NCBI GenBank assembly: GCA_964304625.1
Contig: OZ199838.1
Coordinates: forward strand, 8,667,904-8,731,903
DNA length: 64,000 nt
DNA from: Kudoa neothunni
Taxonomy: Eukaryota > Animalia > Cnidaria
Reading direction: 5' to 3'
Shown: positions 1 to 12,911 of the stretch, piece by piece
How positions within the stretch are numbered: the first letter of the stretch is position 1
Layout of the letters: each line of letters opens with the position of its first letter
Notes under the pieces: generated by a model
Database searches by the model: none
What the model saw: only the letters and a program-made list of their open reading frames with translations
What the model was told of the DNA's origin: nothing
Position numbers and translations under genes: made by a program

Positions 1-303
1 TCGGTCATTAATTGAATCTCCTAACACACGTTTGTTATCGGATGTATCATCTAATTCGTACCTACTTACAACGTCATTTTAATTTTATAGTTACTGGGAA
101 TCAATACGATTGCGAATATAAAAAAACATATCAACACCACTGTGCTAAATCATCCTCCATCAGCTTCTCCTAGATTGTCCACTTCACAATCATTACCATC
201 ACTTCAATTAATTTCTTATAGTAAATTCCTACCGGTTGATTCTAGTGTTAGAGATCTCACCTCAAACGATGACCTTAGTCGTAAACGGCGAAATAAACTT
301 TAA
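1..303 (+). CDS. Probable last two exons of an unidentified gene (partial)
   Basis: Open frame 2-43, GT at 44, ttttatAG at 90, then a 70-codon open exon 91-300 (LLGINTIANIKKH...SRKRRNKL) ending TAA 301-303. No recognisable homology. Confidence 0.45.
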
Positions 304-789
304 GTTTTTTACATTCAGTTATCTATTTTCCCATTTCTAATTTGATCAGCTCGCCCAAATAGTAAACTTTAGTCTGAAAACACGTCGTTAACCTTTTCAT
401 ACCTTATTTCTTCCAAGTTAATGTTTCGATACGGAAAATGTAAATAAACTCCAATTTCTCAAATTGATGACGATTTTTAAAATTATGTCCTATAATGCTT
501 CATTCTTAATGCGAGATTTGGTTTACGTAAATTAATTTTTATATCTAATATTAATATCCATTAAATCGTGGAAAAATGCCGCGTGTTAACCTTCCAACTT
601 TGTTGGGATGCGTATAACAAACTCATTTAGAATCAGATATAACTATTTTAAATTTTTGCGACAAAATTAAAATTATTATACAAGTAAACCGTTAAATATT
701 ATGATATATTTATCACATACGAAGAATAGTATCGTCTTACAAACTATGCTAATGCAAGTTGTTCCAAGTTTATGAATAATTTTAATCAT

Positions 790-810
790 TACTACTACTA
801 CTACTACTAT
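790..810. repeat. (TAC)n microsatellite
   Basis: tactactactactactactat. Confidence 0.85.
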
Positions 811-827
811 TATTTTTTATTATAGAT

Positions 828-1149
828 CAGGAGAGGCCAGACTTGCTTAAAATGGGAGTCATGTTTAATGGGCTCAAATTTTTCGGAGCCACAAGGAATA
901 AAAAATATATTTTGGGGTTTTTTATTATCTTTATATTTCGTCGAAAAGTTTTTAATTAATAATGAATTAATGTTAAATTCATTCGTTCTTATTAATGATA
1001 ACTGCATGATCCTATGACTTTCAAAGTGTCCAAATAACTTTATGAGAAAAATTTAATGAAACAATAAGCCAAGTCTAAATCTTTCACGAGCCTCAGTTCA
1101 ACTTCCAAGAGCCATATGCGACTCGCGAGTCCCAGCTTGGCGACCGCTG
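828..1149. mobile_element. hAT (Buster/Charlie-like) MITE
   Basis: Degenerate TIRs CAGGAGAGGCCAGA / CTTGGCGACCGCTG; perfect 8-bp TSD TTATAGAT (820-827 and 1150-1157). Confidence 0.8.
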
Positions 1150-1888
1150 TTATAGATTATTATGCATCTGAGGATACCATTAGAACGGGGATATTTTTCC
1201 TATGTTTAAATATTTTAATTCCAAGTGACACCATCGAAATGGAGAAATAATGTTTATAGAGTTTTTAAAAAATGGTTGTAAACATAAATCAAACAAAAAT
1301 TTTTAATAAATTCGGAAAGAAAATATATTAGCGATAAAGATTTGTATACTCCCAATACTATCTATTTATAAATTACCAGGAGTGAGCTAATCGCTTAATT
1401 CTATTATGTCGGATTAAACCCGAATTTCTTATTAAAATATTTCTTATGCTTTTAAAAAAGTTCCCAATATATAACAGAACCGTCTTGACAGTAATTACTG
1501 CAATTAGATTGTTTCATTGCGAAATTTAAAGAAAATGAGATATTTTTTGCGATTTTTGGAATCGGACGATTAAATTTTCATTGTGGATTACAACTAATTT
1601 TGTAAGCTATCTGTTCACGAGTACTTAAGGTTGTCAGGAAAATTCTGAGAATAACAGTGTTAATTTTTATTCGAGTGATTTAAATAAAAGTTTTTGGAAT
1701 GCTTAGTGTCATTAGGGTTTAAGTGTTGTAACAAAATACAACATTGGTTCAAATTAAAATCTAAATAGCGTTATATATCTGTTTTAAAGGGCGTTGCAAT
1801 TGAAGATGATGCCTCGTTATTTTAGGAAGTGTCTACTTGCCCTTGGAAAATTTTATCCCCTGTATGTTATGTATTTGAGACTATAACT

Positions 1889-2559
1889 CAGTGTTTCCCA
1901 TCGCGGGGCATGGAAATTTTTGAGCTTTTAATGAACGGCTCTGTTACGACGTGGAAAATCCTGAGCATTGATGTGACATAGATAATGGTGAGATAATTGG
2001 GAAATTTAGCGTTCATTAAAATCAATACCTCGATTATTGAGATCGTTTGTTGTTATGTGACTATATATGTCATACAACAATACCAAAAGCAATGTTATAT
2101 TATATCAAACTAAAAATTAACATTTAGTACGGTCTTTACCACCAATAGAATCAGAATGGTTTGGATCTCCATCTTGTCACATTTATTATAATCGTGATCT
2201 TCTCTGTTTTTGATTTCATCAAATATAATATTGATTAATTTTCAATCTTTATTTATTATCGGTTTATAAGCCCCGTGTATACATATACATCGAAGTCTTG
2301 CCTAATGAGCGTTGGATTATCACAAGTTTCACTTAAGGCTGTTTTTGACGGGATGAAGAATTAAAGATGTTAAATTCTAAGGTCCATCTACAAATTGAAT
2401 AAAATCTGATCGGCTACCTTTTAAAAGATAAGTATATATTAATCACTTTCAAATTTTAGTGCGATAGGAAGCTTGATTCAAAATTGGAAGCAGTTTACGT
2501 TCAAAATCAATCCTCTGAAAAAAGGTTGGGAAAGTTGGATAATACGTGGGGAAACACTG
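1889..2559. mobile_element. hAT MITE family A, complete copy 1
   Basis: TIR CAGTGTTTCCC / GGGAAACACTG; 8-bp TSD CTATAACT / CTATCACT; internal sequence shared with copies at 8341 and 40542. Confidence 0.9.
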
Positions 2560-3097
2560 CTATCACTTATCGTTTTCGGCTTATCACTACATTATTAGGG
2601 GTCATATATAATTAAAAAAACATATTATTAAACAAGCTATATCAACAACCCGCAAAAGGAACAGTAGATACAAAAAAATAGACCCCTCATGCGATAGTGA
2701 AATTTAAGAGTGAAGTTTTTAATGACAAATGGTCTTTTGGGATTAATAATGCAATTTTTAATGTCTGTGTAAGATACGGATTATTAAAATTAAGATAATC
2801 CGATCAAACTTTCAGTCACTAATTTATTCATTTGACTTAATTTTTTTGCATGTTATAATTTAAATTCGTTTGATAAAAACCTCAAATACTTTTTGTTTTT
2901 GCGCAAAATAAGTTTTATGTTACCAATTCAACATTTTAACTTAAATAAAAGTTGTTTTTATTAAGAAATTTGTTGTAAACGCACTAAATGGAACCAAGAT
3001 CGATTCAATCAGGAGAAAAGATAAGAAATCAATAATGGAAGAGTTACAATGTGTGACGGTAAAAAATGTTAACACTATATCAAAAGTTCGCTAGAAT

Positions 3098-6000
3098 TTA
3101 TACTACACAATGTTTCATGAGGGCGGTAATGATTCGGATTGAGTTTTTCACTGGTATAGCTCTGTAATTGTTCATCGACTTTACCTCATGTCGAATCAAT
3201 ACATTAGAAAACACGGTGTAAATCATGACAGGATCAGCCCGGTTTTGATCTTTGTGTTGAATTATCTCATCAATGAACGTGAGCACATAAACCAAAACAG
3301 TTTTTCTGACTTGATCAAGTTTTTCCATAAACTTAAAATCAAAAAATTAACATCAGCACTACACTTCTAAATATGATACCTTGGATGGATTGATTTTGCC
3401 CTCACTGAATATTTCTGGTGATACATAACTGACAGGTATTAATGGATCTTTAAGCATGTCTACAAAAAGAAGATAGGCTTCCGCCACCGAATGGATCGAT
3501 AGTTTTTCTATTAAAAACAATTGTTAATTTAATTGTGTTATATCGCGCATATAAAAATTACTAAATTGTGATTGGATAGGAAGTGTAGAATAGTCAAGTG
3601 CCTTCATAATACTCACCAACTCATCAAAAAATCCCACGTGGGTGAAAATACCAGGCTAATTGCAAAAAATAGCATTAATATTGGCTTAAATGATTATCGA
3701 AAACATTTCTTAATAAACAACAAACAATCACGAAAGTTTTGAAAAGTAATAATTGCGTACAGTATTGATTCCGTAGGTGCAGAGACAAGAACTCAAATTT
3801 ATTAGTTCCTTAGGTATGTCTTTAGCACTATACTTCGTGGACAAGCGAGAACATATCTTATAGAGTATGATTATAGCTAGGTTAGTTCAAATAGAACAAA
3901 TACTAAATCGTGCCCAATAGAAGGATAATAACTATAGTCTATATCTCCAGTTTTAAAAGGTCGTTCCAGGCGTGTCAGTTTTTTGAGTGAACTGCCGAAG
4001 CAACTTGGCATATAAGTACCTTCAACGCATATCTAAATGATTAAAAAGTTTACGGAGCTGTTTAACCAACTAGCAGATTGTTACGAAATAATCTCTCCCC
4101 TCTGCCAAATGTAGAATTAGGATAGAGGAAAGTTTGGGGTTGTCTTCATCGATTTCGGCTACATTTCTTTTGGTGAGATTTATTTCGAAAGCGATCACCA
4201 CACTTTGATCTAAAAAATATTTTGCAAATAACGATTGGTCGCAAATGAACGACTCCAAAATACCAATCGGAATGTATCCCGAGGTTTGTGATATATTGAG
4301 CCAGGAGGGGCAACAGAATTCAGGATCGTACGTGTGAATGTTTTGATTTCTGCTTGCAAACTGAAAATGGACATCGCACGATCCATTATTGACCAAGGTT
4401 ATGGATTGGGTTTGGGGTACTTTGTAGTGAATATCAGTGAAAATAAGCTAAAAAATCAATAATTTGATATCACAGGGAGTTGTTTTACATCGTTAGTACT
4501 CAGCCTGACAGATGGTATCATTTTGTTTTCTTGAGCATCAAGAGCAGTTCTAATGCTTTCCACAATAGCGCTGAATTTTTTGTTATCAATCACACAGACC
4601 TACACGATGCAATCAGCCAACTAACAACACTAACTTGATGAACCTTCATATCAAATTTCCCAAACACTGGTTTATGATCGCTACCGGAAAATGTAGATTG
4701 CGAGTCGTAAGCTGCCATCCGAATGTCACATTTTTCGTTATTTTCCAACCATAAGATTCGATCACACCAAGCAGGAGTTCGCCCAGAAGCACTAATTGTT
4801 TATATATTAACACTAAAACTAAGTGAGCCCAATCAAACATACATATCGTATGTGTTGGTCCCTGGGGTGAATTTATAGGTGGGTGGAAAGGTTATTTTAG
4901 CTTCCTTATATCCCATAAAAACTCTATTGTTCATCATTTCGTTGCATAACTATAAAATCTGTGCGTAGCAAATATTGGGCATGCAAAAATTATACTTGGT
5001 CGTTACTCCTTAATGAGTTATAAAATTGACTAGAAATATCAGCCAAGATTTGGTTCATAGTAAGATTGGCAATGCGATAATTTAAATCCCCACACCAAAA
5101 CACAGCACTAATCTCGTACTCGATATAAATCACATATATATTTAAGTGTTACTCATGATCTTGAATCTTGAGAGCGTAAATACTTTTAGTGGATGAAAAT
5201 CTCATTTTTGAGTTAATCAAACTGAAATTCTATAATGATGGACAGGTGATGATACTAAGAGAAATACGAATGCGCCAAAAATACTTGGTTTCGCTTTTCG
5301 ACCTCTTCAAGGTGAGCAGCAAAATGAGAACAAACAAAACATAACGAAGATTGATAGAAATCAAAACTAATACCAACAGCTCCCTTGTTACCCTATCAAA
5401 TCAAATAGAAAAATTTTGAAACAAACATTAGTTCATCCAAAATTTTTACCATCAATCCAAGAATTCCAGTGGCAGCGTATGACGTGGAAACATACTTAAT
5501 AGCATTGCTATGAGTATTTAAAGCCATCACCAACAGAAATATTCCAGCCAAACGTTTATAACCAACCTGAAAATTACACAAACCAATAATCAATATCAAA
5601 CTCTAATTCACCTATAATTCAATACCATATAATAATTTTTTCCCACCACTTTCCGCATCACATAAATCCATTCTTCTTCAAATTTAACTTCATTCAATAC
5701 AACTGAATCTAAACTCATGTCCATTTCTTGAATGCTAATTAATGTTAGAGAAATGGCCAATAAATAAAAAAACCTAAAACTTATTATATCTGGTAAAATA
5801 TCATTATTGAGAAGTTTTTTAATTTCTTCAGTAGGCCAACAACTATTCACATTCCATGTTATACAATGGACTCTTAATTTCATAAATAAACATCATTTCA
5901 CGTGGATTGATGATTGATTGTACTTTATTGGTAAATAATCAGTGAAATCCAACTCATATTCTTTTAATTTATGATCGAGTGGGGTTGTGAGACGGCTGGA

Positions 6001-6182
6001 ATTCCTTCTGTTAGCTACCAGTTCTTCAAACAATTCGGGCATATTTCCAACATTCAGTGTCACACGTCTGAATTCAATATATTTTTATGAACCAATAATA
6101 CAAATTTCACTTTTATAACTAATATATTTTGTTACTTCAGGTCAGGCAAAGAAATATAAGAATTGATGTGATGGGCCGATCT
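3098..6182 (-). CDS. OCRL: OCRL/INPP5B-type inositol polyphosphate 5-phosphatase (5-phosphatase + ASH + RhoGAP-like), multi-exon; 5' end unresolved
   Basis: Spliced exons give TWNVN, GLMGNKGAV, CSHFAAH, HDAVFWCGDLNYRI, PPTYKF, PAWCDRILW and SDHKPV motifs. ASH exon at 4070-4450 (ILILHLAEGRDYFVT). RhoGAP-like exons carry PGIFTHVG (no Arg finger). Stop TAA at 3098-3100. More 5' exons may extend to about 7077. Confidence 0.9.
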
Positions 6183-7216
6183 CTCACGAGTTTATTACAA
6201 CATAAATCCAGAGTTACTCTTGTTTATTATATAATGCGATTATAAAATGTTTGTTTTTAAGCAAAAAGTCATTGTTAGGACATAATGTAATGCATGAGTG
6301 GATTTGATATTGCTTCCACCTTACCTATAGATCAAATTGGAGCACTTGTAGCACCGAAAATTGATCTTTTTTAGCTCACTTCGTACTAATAACATTTTAA
6401 TACTAAATAACTAATATTTGCGCATCCACTATTCCAGTTATTCAATGTATACATATAGATGAAACCATCTAAATTTTTATCTTTTAGATGCATAAAATAA
6501 ATGGATGACTGAACATCTTAAAAAGGTCGGAATTTTTTAAATTTCTAAGCGCGTACTTATGCTCACCCAGAGGACTACTGACCAGCCAAACCAAATTACC
6601 TCCTTAGTATTTTTATTCTCATTAATTTACGCAAATAAATTGACTTTTTGCGACAATGACGAGTAAAACAAATGCTGCAATAATCATCGGCTTAGCAACA
6701 GTAGAGGAAATTAATTAATAAATTGATAAAACTCACAGCTTTATAATCTCACTATAAGCTTAAAGATTGTGCCATAACATAAAGAATAATTTTGAATATA
6801 AACTATCCGAGGAATTAATTTTTAAGGTAAACACGTAGAATTGGTAGTACTCTTTGATTTACGATTCAATTTTAGACGTTAATTTCGATGCTGAATTGTT
6901 TAATATTAATTTCTCAATGTTGGGCCCAGCATAAGATGACACTGCTCGAGCATATTGTAGAAGAGTCAAATAACCCTTCGAGGATCAATGTAGTATCCGC
7001 GCGTCTACCTTCCTATTATTTTGCGGTAAAATTTGGTATATATTGTGTATTTTCGTCAGAAGCTTAACAAGCTTCATCAGATTTATCGATACAGAAAATG
7101 ATTCAAAAAAGTATATGAAATTATGATTAGAATACAGAAAATATAACAAGTTTAACAATAAAATTCATATATAACATTATAAAGGCGGGCGCGTGGAACC
7201 CAAGGTTATCCTTTAT

Positions 7217-8334
7217 CCCTCATACACATGCTAAAAAAATCACGTTCCCACGGCGTGGGTCAATTTGACTCCCAGCCCCTTTGAGAAAACTCGTACATTT
7301 TTTAAACTGCCTTTTATATATAATAAGAGTTCATTTATTATTATAGAAAACCTACAAAAATTTTTAATCAACACAAAATACGGATTTTGCCAATTATGGC
7401 AGTGTATGTGACATGATGGATTCTGAATTCACTGATTATGAGCCCAATTTGAAGAAATTAATCTTGAATTTAGTAGTTGCATAATTGAGAACCTCACATC
7501 GAGTTACTATTACGGCGATAACTAAATTTATCTTTCTAACGAAAAAATCTACGCAGTGACATTCAAGGAAGGAGAAAAATGGTCTGAGCAACCAACACGC
7601 ATTCGAAGACAAACTGACGCAGAGAACATTTTCAAAGATAAAACCTCCCTTAAAAATGATGCACTGAAAAATTGCGATACTTCACTTTCTGTGTTCTTCA
7701 ATTTTCTGGGGAATGAGATGTTAGATTTGATTGTTGAATATATAAATAAATACATAAAGAATGAGTTACAATAGCAAAGTCCAATTACAAACGACGACTG
7801 AATGAAGTATATTGGTTTTTATTCGCTTATAAGAATAATGAAGAGGAAAAATATGGATATGCACAATTACTGATGTTTGCAATCATGAGTTGAGCGAATA
7901 TATATATGCGTATATAATTTTTAAATATGACTCCTAAATAAGTTTGTCTTCGAATGCGAGCTAAATGTTGACAGATATTATGGTACAGTCGTGTAAATGG
8001 CCTTATTGCTAAAATCAACCTCATCATGGAAGTCTGGATAGTCTGATTGTAATAGGGAATTTAAAATATTCTTCCATCATATATAAATTATATATTATTT
8101 AAAATAATAGTTTAAAAATTTTTCTAATTCCAAAAGAAGCGTATTTTCGGTGAATTACAATCTACGTCACGTGTTTGAATAAGAGAGTAATTTTTTAAGT
8201 ATATTTTAATAATATTAATTATTCCATTATAACAGACGCATCTTTTTAAAAATACAATGTCAATTTCTTAAGTACTATTTAGAATAGTTAAAAAATGGAG
8301 GGGGTCAAAATGACCTCCAAAGTGGATATGAGGG
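7217..8334 (+). mobile_element. Non-autonomous piggyBac (internal deletion derivative)
   Basis: Termini CCCTCATACAC / GTGGATATGAGGG, flanked by TTAT and TTAA. Subterminal GGGTCAA..TGAC palindromes at about 7257 and 8301. Residual N-terminal transposase in ORF 7556-7774 (KWSEQP...FFNFLGNEMLDLIVEYINKY). Confidence 0.85.
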
Positions 8335-8340
8335 TTAAGG

Positions 8341-9020
8341 CAGTGTTTCCCAACTTGGAGCACATGCCCCAAAGGCGAAGGGAGAAAAAATTTCGGTGAT
8401 GCATGGAAAGTTTTGAACGTTTAATGGGCCGCGGAAAACCCTGAGTATTGTATTGGTATAGCGCGAATAATTGTAAGATAATTAGGCAATACGGCGTACT
8501 TTGGAATTCGTATCGTGATTTTCGATATCACTTATTTTGAAATGACGATTAATATCATAAAAAATATAAAAGCAATGATCTATTCTATGAGAAAGAAAAA
8601 CATTTAAAGCGGTTTTTACATAAATAGAATCGGAATGATTTTAATCCTAACCTTGTTTTATTTATAATCGTGATCTTCTCCTGTTTTTGATTTAATTTAA
8701 TATAGTACTGATTAATTAAAAATATTTATTTATTTTTGGTTCACTAGCCACGTATATACGAAAATCTTGCCAAATGCAGGTAGGATTACCACAGGTTCCA
8801 CTTAACTCTGTTTTTAGCGGACTGACGAATTAAAGGTGCAAATTTTTATGATTCATCGATAAATTAAATTGGATCTAATATAATACACTTTTATTTTAGT
8901 TATAAATAATGCATATATTAATCGCTTTCAAAGTTTAATGTGATAAGAAATTTGATTCAAATTTATAAGCAATTTAAGATAAAAAATTCATACTTTTGAA
9001 AGGGGTGGGGTACGGGACTT
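8341..9020. mobile_element. hAT MITE family A, copy 2 (3' end interrupted by a piggyBac derivative)
   Basis: Starts CAGTGTTTCCCAA and is colinear with 1889-2559 (gcatggaaa, cctgag, ataatcgtgatcttctc, aaatcttgcc, tgattcaaat). Confidence 0.8.
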
Positions 9021-9912
9021 CTTTTCAAGAAAAAATGGGATAGAAATCTGCCTCATTATTTTTGTAACTAAAACTGTTTAAATATAAAGTTATATAATAT
9101 TTGTTGGTTTTAATAAATTCTACCGATTAGATTTTGAGTAAATAAAAAAACATTATTATTAAGCCATTATCGCGTACGCGCGCCGACTTGTACTTAGCGT
9201 TTTCCGCCGTACGCTCTTGTCTTATCAGCAGTAAAGCTCTCTTTTTTCACTTAAAAATGTACTTTTAATGTAAAAGATTGTTTAAAGGTTTATTTCGCAT
9301 TAATATATGCAATATTTATACAAAAAGTAACAAAAATAACGAGTAAACGATGCTATTCCTTAAAAAATGTCCAACAACCATATCAAAAATGTTGGTTACA
9401 ATAAAACACTGAACAAACGTCACATTTATAGGCAGTTTTTATGCCGTACACTTGTTGATTGAAGAATGTTCGAAACGTATCGACCATCGAGTTAATATTC
9501 CGTTTTATGAAGTGGGCGAAAGCGAAACGATTATACAACGTATTTTTAGTTAGTGTTCGAGCAGATAATGGAGTCTCAGTCTCCCATAATGTTCCATTCT
9601 TATCAATAAGAAAATCGACTGGAAGATTTATATCAAAATCGCATTTATCTGAAGATTCTTCGTTAATAGGCCATAATAAATGTCTGATACGTCAAATCTG
9701 AGCAACTTTCAATGTATTCGCACGAACTCATTTCTCACAAAACGAGAGGAGGGCATGCGCGCATGGGGCTTAATAATAGTGTTTCTTGATTTACTCAAAA
9801 TCTAATCGGTAGAATTGACTAATATTGTTCAAAATTAAATAACTTTTTATTTTAAGTACGTTTAGTCAACAAAAATCTTGGGTAGATTTCTACCCCATTT
9901 TTACATGGAAAG
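9021..9912 (-). mobile_element. Old piggyBac deletion derivative with long (about 160 bp) imperfect inverted ends
   Basis: 9021-9180 is the reverse complement of about 9755-9912 (exact core TTCTACCGATTAGATTTTGAGTAAAT). GGGGTAGAAATCTACCCC-type palindromes at both ends. Minus-strand frame joins a piggyBac-like N-terminal segment (DKNGTLW...RT...DTFRTFF) to a Cys-rich tail (KTAYKCDVCSVFYCNQH). TTAA TSDs have decayed. Confidence 0.7.
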
Positions 9913-10874
9913 TATTGTTGAAACAACTTTTCTTACATTTAACTGATGCACCTTTTCATTCCTTACTAAAGCAATCTCTGGCTCACGCTCAGAGTTATTG
10001 CCCAATGTTTTTACGTAACAAATTTTTTTTTGTAATTCGTAACGTTTACTTAAATATAACGGAAATAAAACATAGAGAGGAAAGGTTCCTTATATTCAGT
10101 AAAATATCACAACATGAATACGGATCTAATTTAGTAAAGCTATTTTGATAGCGCACAAATCAAATTAATAAAAAATTAGATTATCCGTGTATAAATGCAT
10201 AATGTTTTGTTCAACTATGAATTCTGAAGCTGATGTCTCCACCAAATTCTTTTCAACAATTTAAATTAAATGTTGTTTCATGATGTTAATACATTGATGT
10301 ATGTTATGCGGCGTATTTTTATTATTTCATTTTTTAATCAGAATATCTGAATCGAATAATCAGATTATTTTATTTAATTAATCATCACATGCGTTCGTTA
10401 AATTTGTTCACGTTATTTTTCCATAAGAAAAAGAATGGGTCGGTTAAAAATATGATTGGCCATTAATGGCGCTACGGAAAATATATTTTAAGTTTCTAGA
10501 TACGCGAAAAATAGACCAAATTACCGCCCCGACAAAAGAATAAAAGTAATCACCTAAATATAGCACCATGTAATCTCATGCACTTTGTTATGGCATATTT
10601 TGAATATGACCCTGATATTATGAAGAAAAGTAAAACCTAATAAATATTGGATAAAGAAGGAAAATGGGATACGTAAATATCAATCGTTTTCATTCCAAAT
10701 GTCATTAAATTAGCCAAATACGTTGCTGTGATAAAAACTTAATTTTTACTAAAGTATAAAAAGCGTAAAGGTTTAGATCATTTCAGCTTGAATGTAAGAG
10801 AGTATCGACGTGTGGCCTATTAAATGTCTAATTAAGACTAATCTTGCAAATAACAACCGATGAAGTCTCTATTC

Positions 10875-11490
10875 CAGGGCTGCCAGCGGGATTTTAGAAA
10901 AAGCCCAAGGATGGACGGTCAAAAAACTCAGGGTTAAGTAAAAAAACCCAAGGTAGAGAAAAACGCTAGCCTAAAGTACAACAAAAAATATAATCATCTC
11001 CATTAAAGTTTTTAATCATCTTTCGAGCCTTCAAATACGTCCACAGATATTAAATTTAAATTTATCATTGTATTATTGCAATTTATTGGCGCGAGCACTC
11101 ATTCAAACTTAATATCTAGTATAGATCAATATGCTCACAATGAATTAACTAATTCATAGTTCGGGACATATTTTGAAATAACGTTAAATTTTCTAATAAT
11201 GTGTGACAATGTTAACTGAACAATTGTGCGATCGTGTCACGTTAAACAATCCATTGTGCTGTCGTCCGATATCGTAAATGTTTAAATCCTGCACCATATA
11301 ATCTGAGTAGGGTACTTTATTAAAAATGTAACTATTAATGTCGCGCATAATAAAATTTGTGTTATTATTCAATGTTTACAGGTTTTCAATAAAAACCCAA
11401 GATTTTAAAGAAAAATGAAAAAAACAAGAACTCAAGGTGACCACAAAAATCCCAAGATCTTGGGGAAAAACCCATGCAGTGAACGCCCTG
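10875..11490. mobile_element. hAT MITE with AAAACCCAAG subterminal repeats
   Basis: Termini CAGGGC / GCCCTG; TSD CTCTATTC / CTCTATTA; about 7 copies of AAAA(C)CCAAG clustered at both ends. Confidence 0.8.
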
Positions 11491-11515
11491 CTCTATTAAT
11501 GTTTTACACAAACTT

Positions 11516-11921
11516 GGACTAAGCTACAATATGTTAGCCAATTTCGGGCGGTATCGCATAAACAATCGGAAATGTTGTTTCTACAATTCGTCCTGTTAAT
11601 TCATTTCGTTTTTGAAAATTTTTCACGGCTTTATCATAAAAAAGAGTAACTTAATAAATTTTAGCCCAAAAGGAATTATCTCGTGAACTGGAAATAAATC
11701 TTACGTTGAGCATATTCGGATTCACGTGAAATCTCTGTGCTGTTGATAAATACTTCAAAAAATTCTTATTTTTCTATAATTATAAATTTTTTATGATGTA
11801 AAGAAATATGAAAAAATTTTGAAAGAGAATTCACTTAGTAGGACGAATTGTAGGAAACGACTTTGTTCCGACAGTATGTCGATAAAAGACTAAGTCCGTA
11901 TACAGCTACTGTAGTTAGTCC
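11516..11921. mobile_element. Unclassified MITE with about 90-bp imperfect TIRs (GG termini)
   Basis: GGACTAAGCTACA...TTTCTACAATTCGTCCT versus AGGACGAATTGTAGGAAAC...TGTAGTTAGTCC; no clear TSD. Confidence 0.6.
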
Positions 11922-12911
11922 TAAATTGTATTTTAATTAACTTACCTGAGATAATTAGACGTATGAACCTTATTTAATATTTTTAAAAATGAATAAACAC
12001 CACTGATCGTTTAAAATTTCCTCTTTAGAGCTTCTAAAAAATCGATTTTCTCCATGTTATTCACAGTAATCTCCAAATCATACCATATGAAAGGACTAAT
12101 CTTGTTATACATCAACAAATGAATTTCATATTAATGTTTGGTTATATAACCTAATATTATCCCCCTTATTTGAATTAATTTAATTACTAAATGACTTTTC
12201 AATAATTTTAAAGTAAAAAACATTATGGTACGTTTAAAATTAACTTTTTAAAACTTTAACCCTTTTGTTCCCATTGTCCACTTTAGCTTTAGTGGACAAA
12301 AATTATTTCGTTTATATATTTATGCACATTAATTATTAAAGAATAATTTATGAATATGTTAAACATAAGTTATTATTCTATATATTAAATGAGATAACAT
12401 ATTAATAAATGCTTTATGCTCATTTTTATTTGTGATACAACCCTCCCATTGTATAACGCTTAAATAATCTAAAACATTTGGAAAAATAAGTATCAATAAA
12501 TCATAAAATGTTACTGAAAAAAATTTAATATTGTAATAAATGAAGTGAATATTGAATAAATGAAATTTAATTAATTTGTGATTTCAATATACCAAAAAAC
12601 ACACAAATCTCCAAGTGGGTATTATAGTGGACATTGGAGCTTCGAGGACTTCCCATAGCGTATTCCAATGAATCACGGTTTTGTTTTTAGTCAGAAAGAA
12701 AATGGAAAAACCATCACAGAAGTAATTGTATTTCCGGATGCGGATAATTCAGAACCTGATGTGATGGTAGATGAGTTGGACTTTCCTATCATTCAAAATT
12801 AAGTGGGAATGGGAACAGAACGTTCCGAATCCAGCTGAAAATTTAGGAATCAATGAGGCAATTTTTAGACTTGCAAGACACTTCGTATTGTCCATTGAGT
12901 AATCCAAATTT

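Noticed and set aside
9035-9898. ISL2EU/Spy-type element (AT|GGG...CCC|AT)
   Set aside because: The inverted repeat extends about 16 bp further out, the GGG motif is the piggyBac subterminal palindrome also seen at 15887, and the internal peptide is piggyBac-like.
10895-11480. CRISPR-like or tandem array from recurring AAAACCCAAG
   Set aside because: Irregular short motifs confined to the ends of a hAT element with a TSD; these are subterminal repeats.
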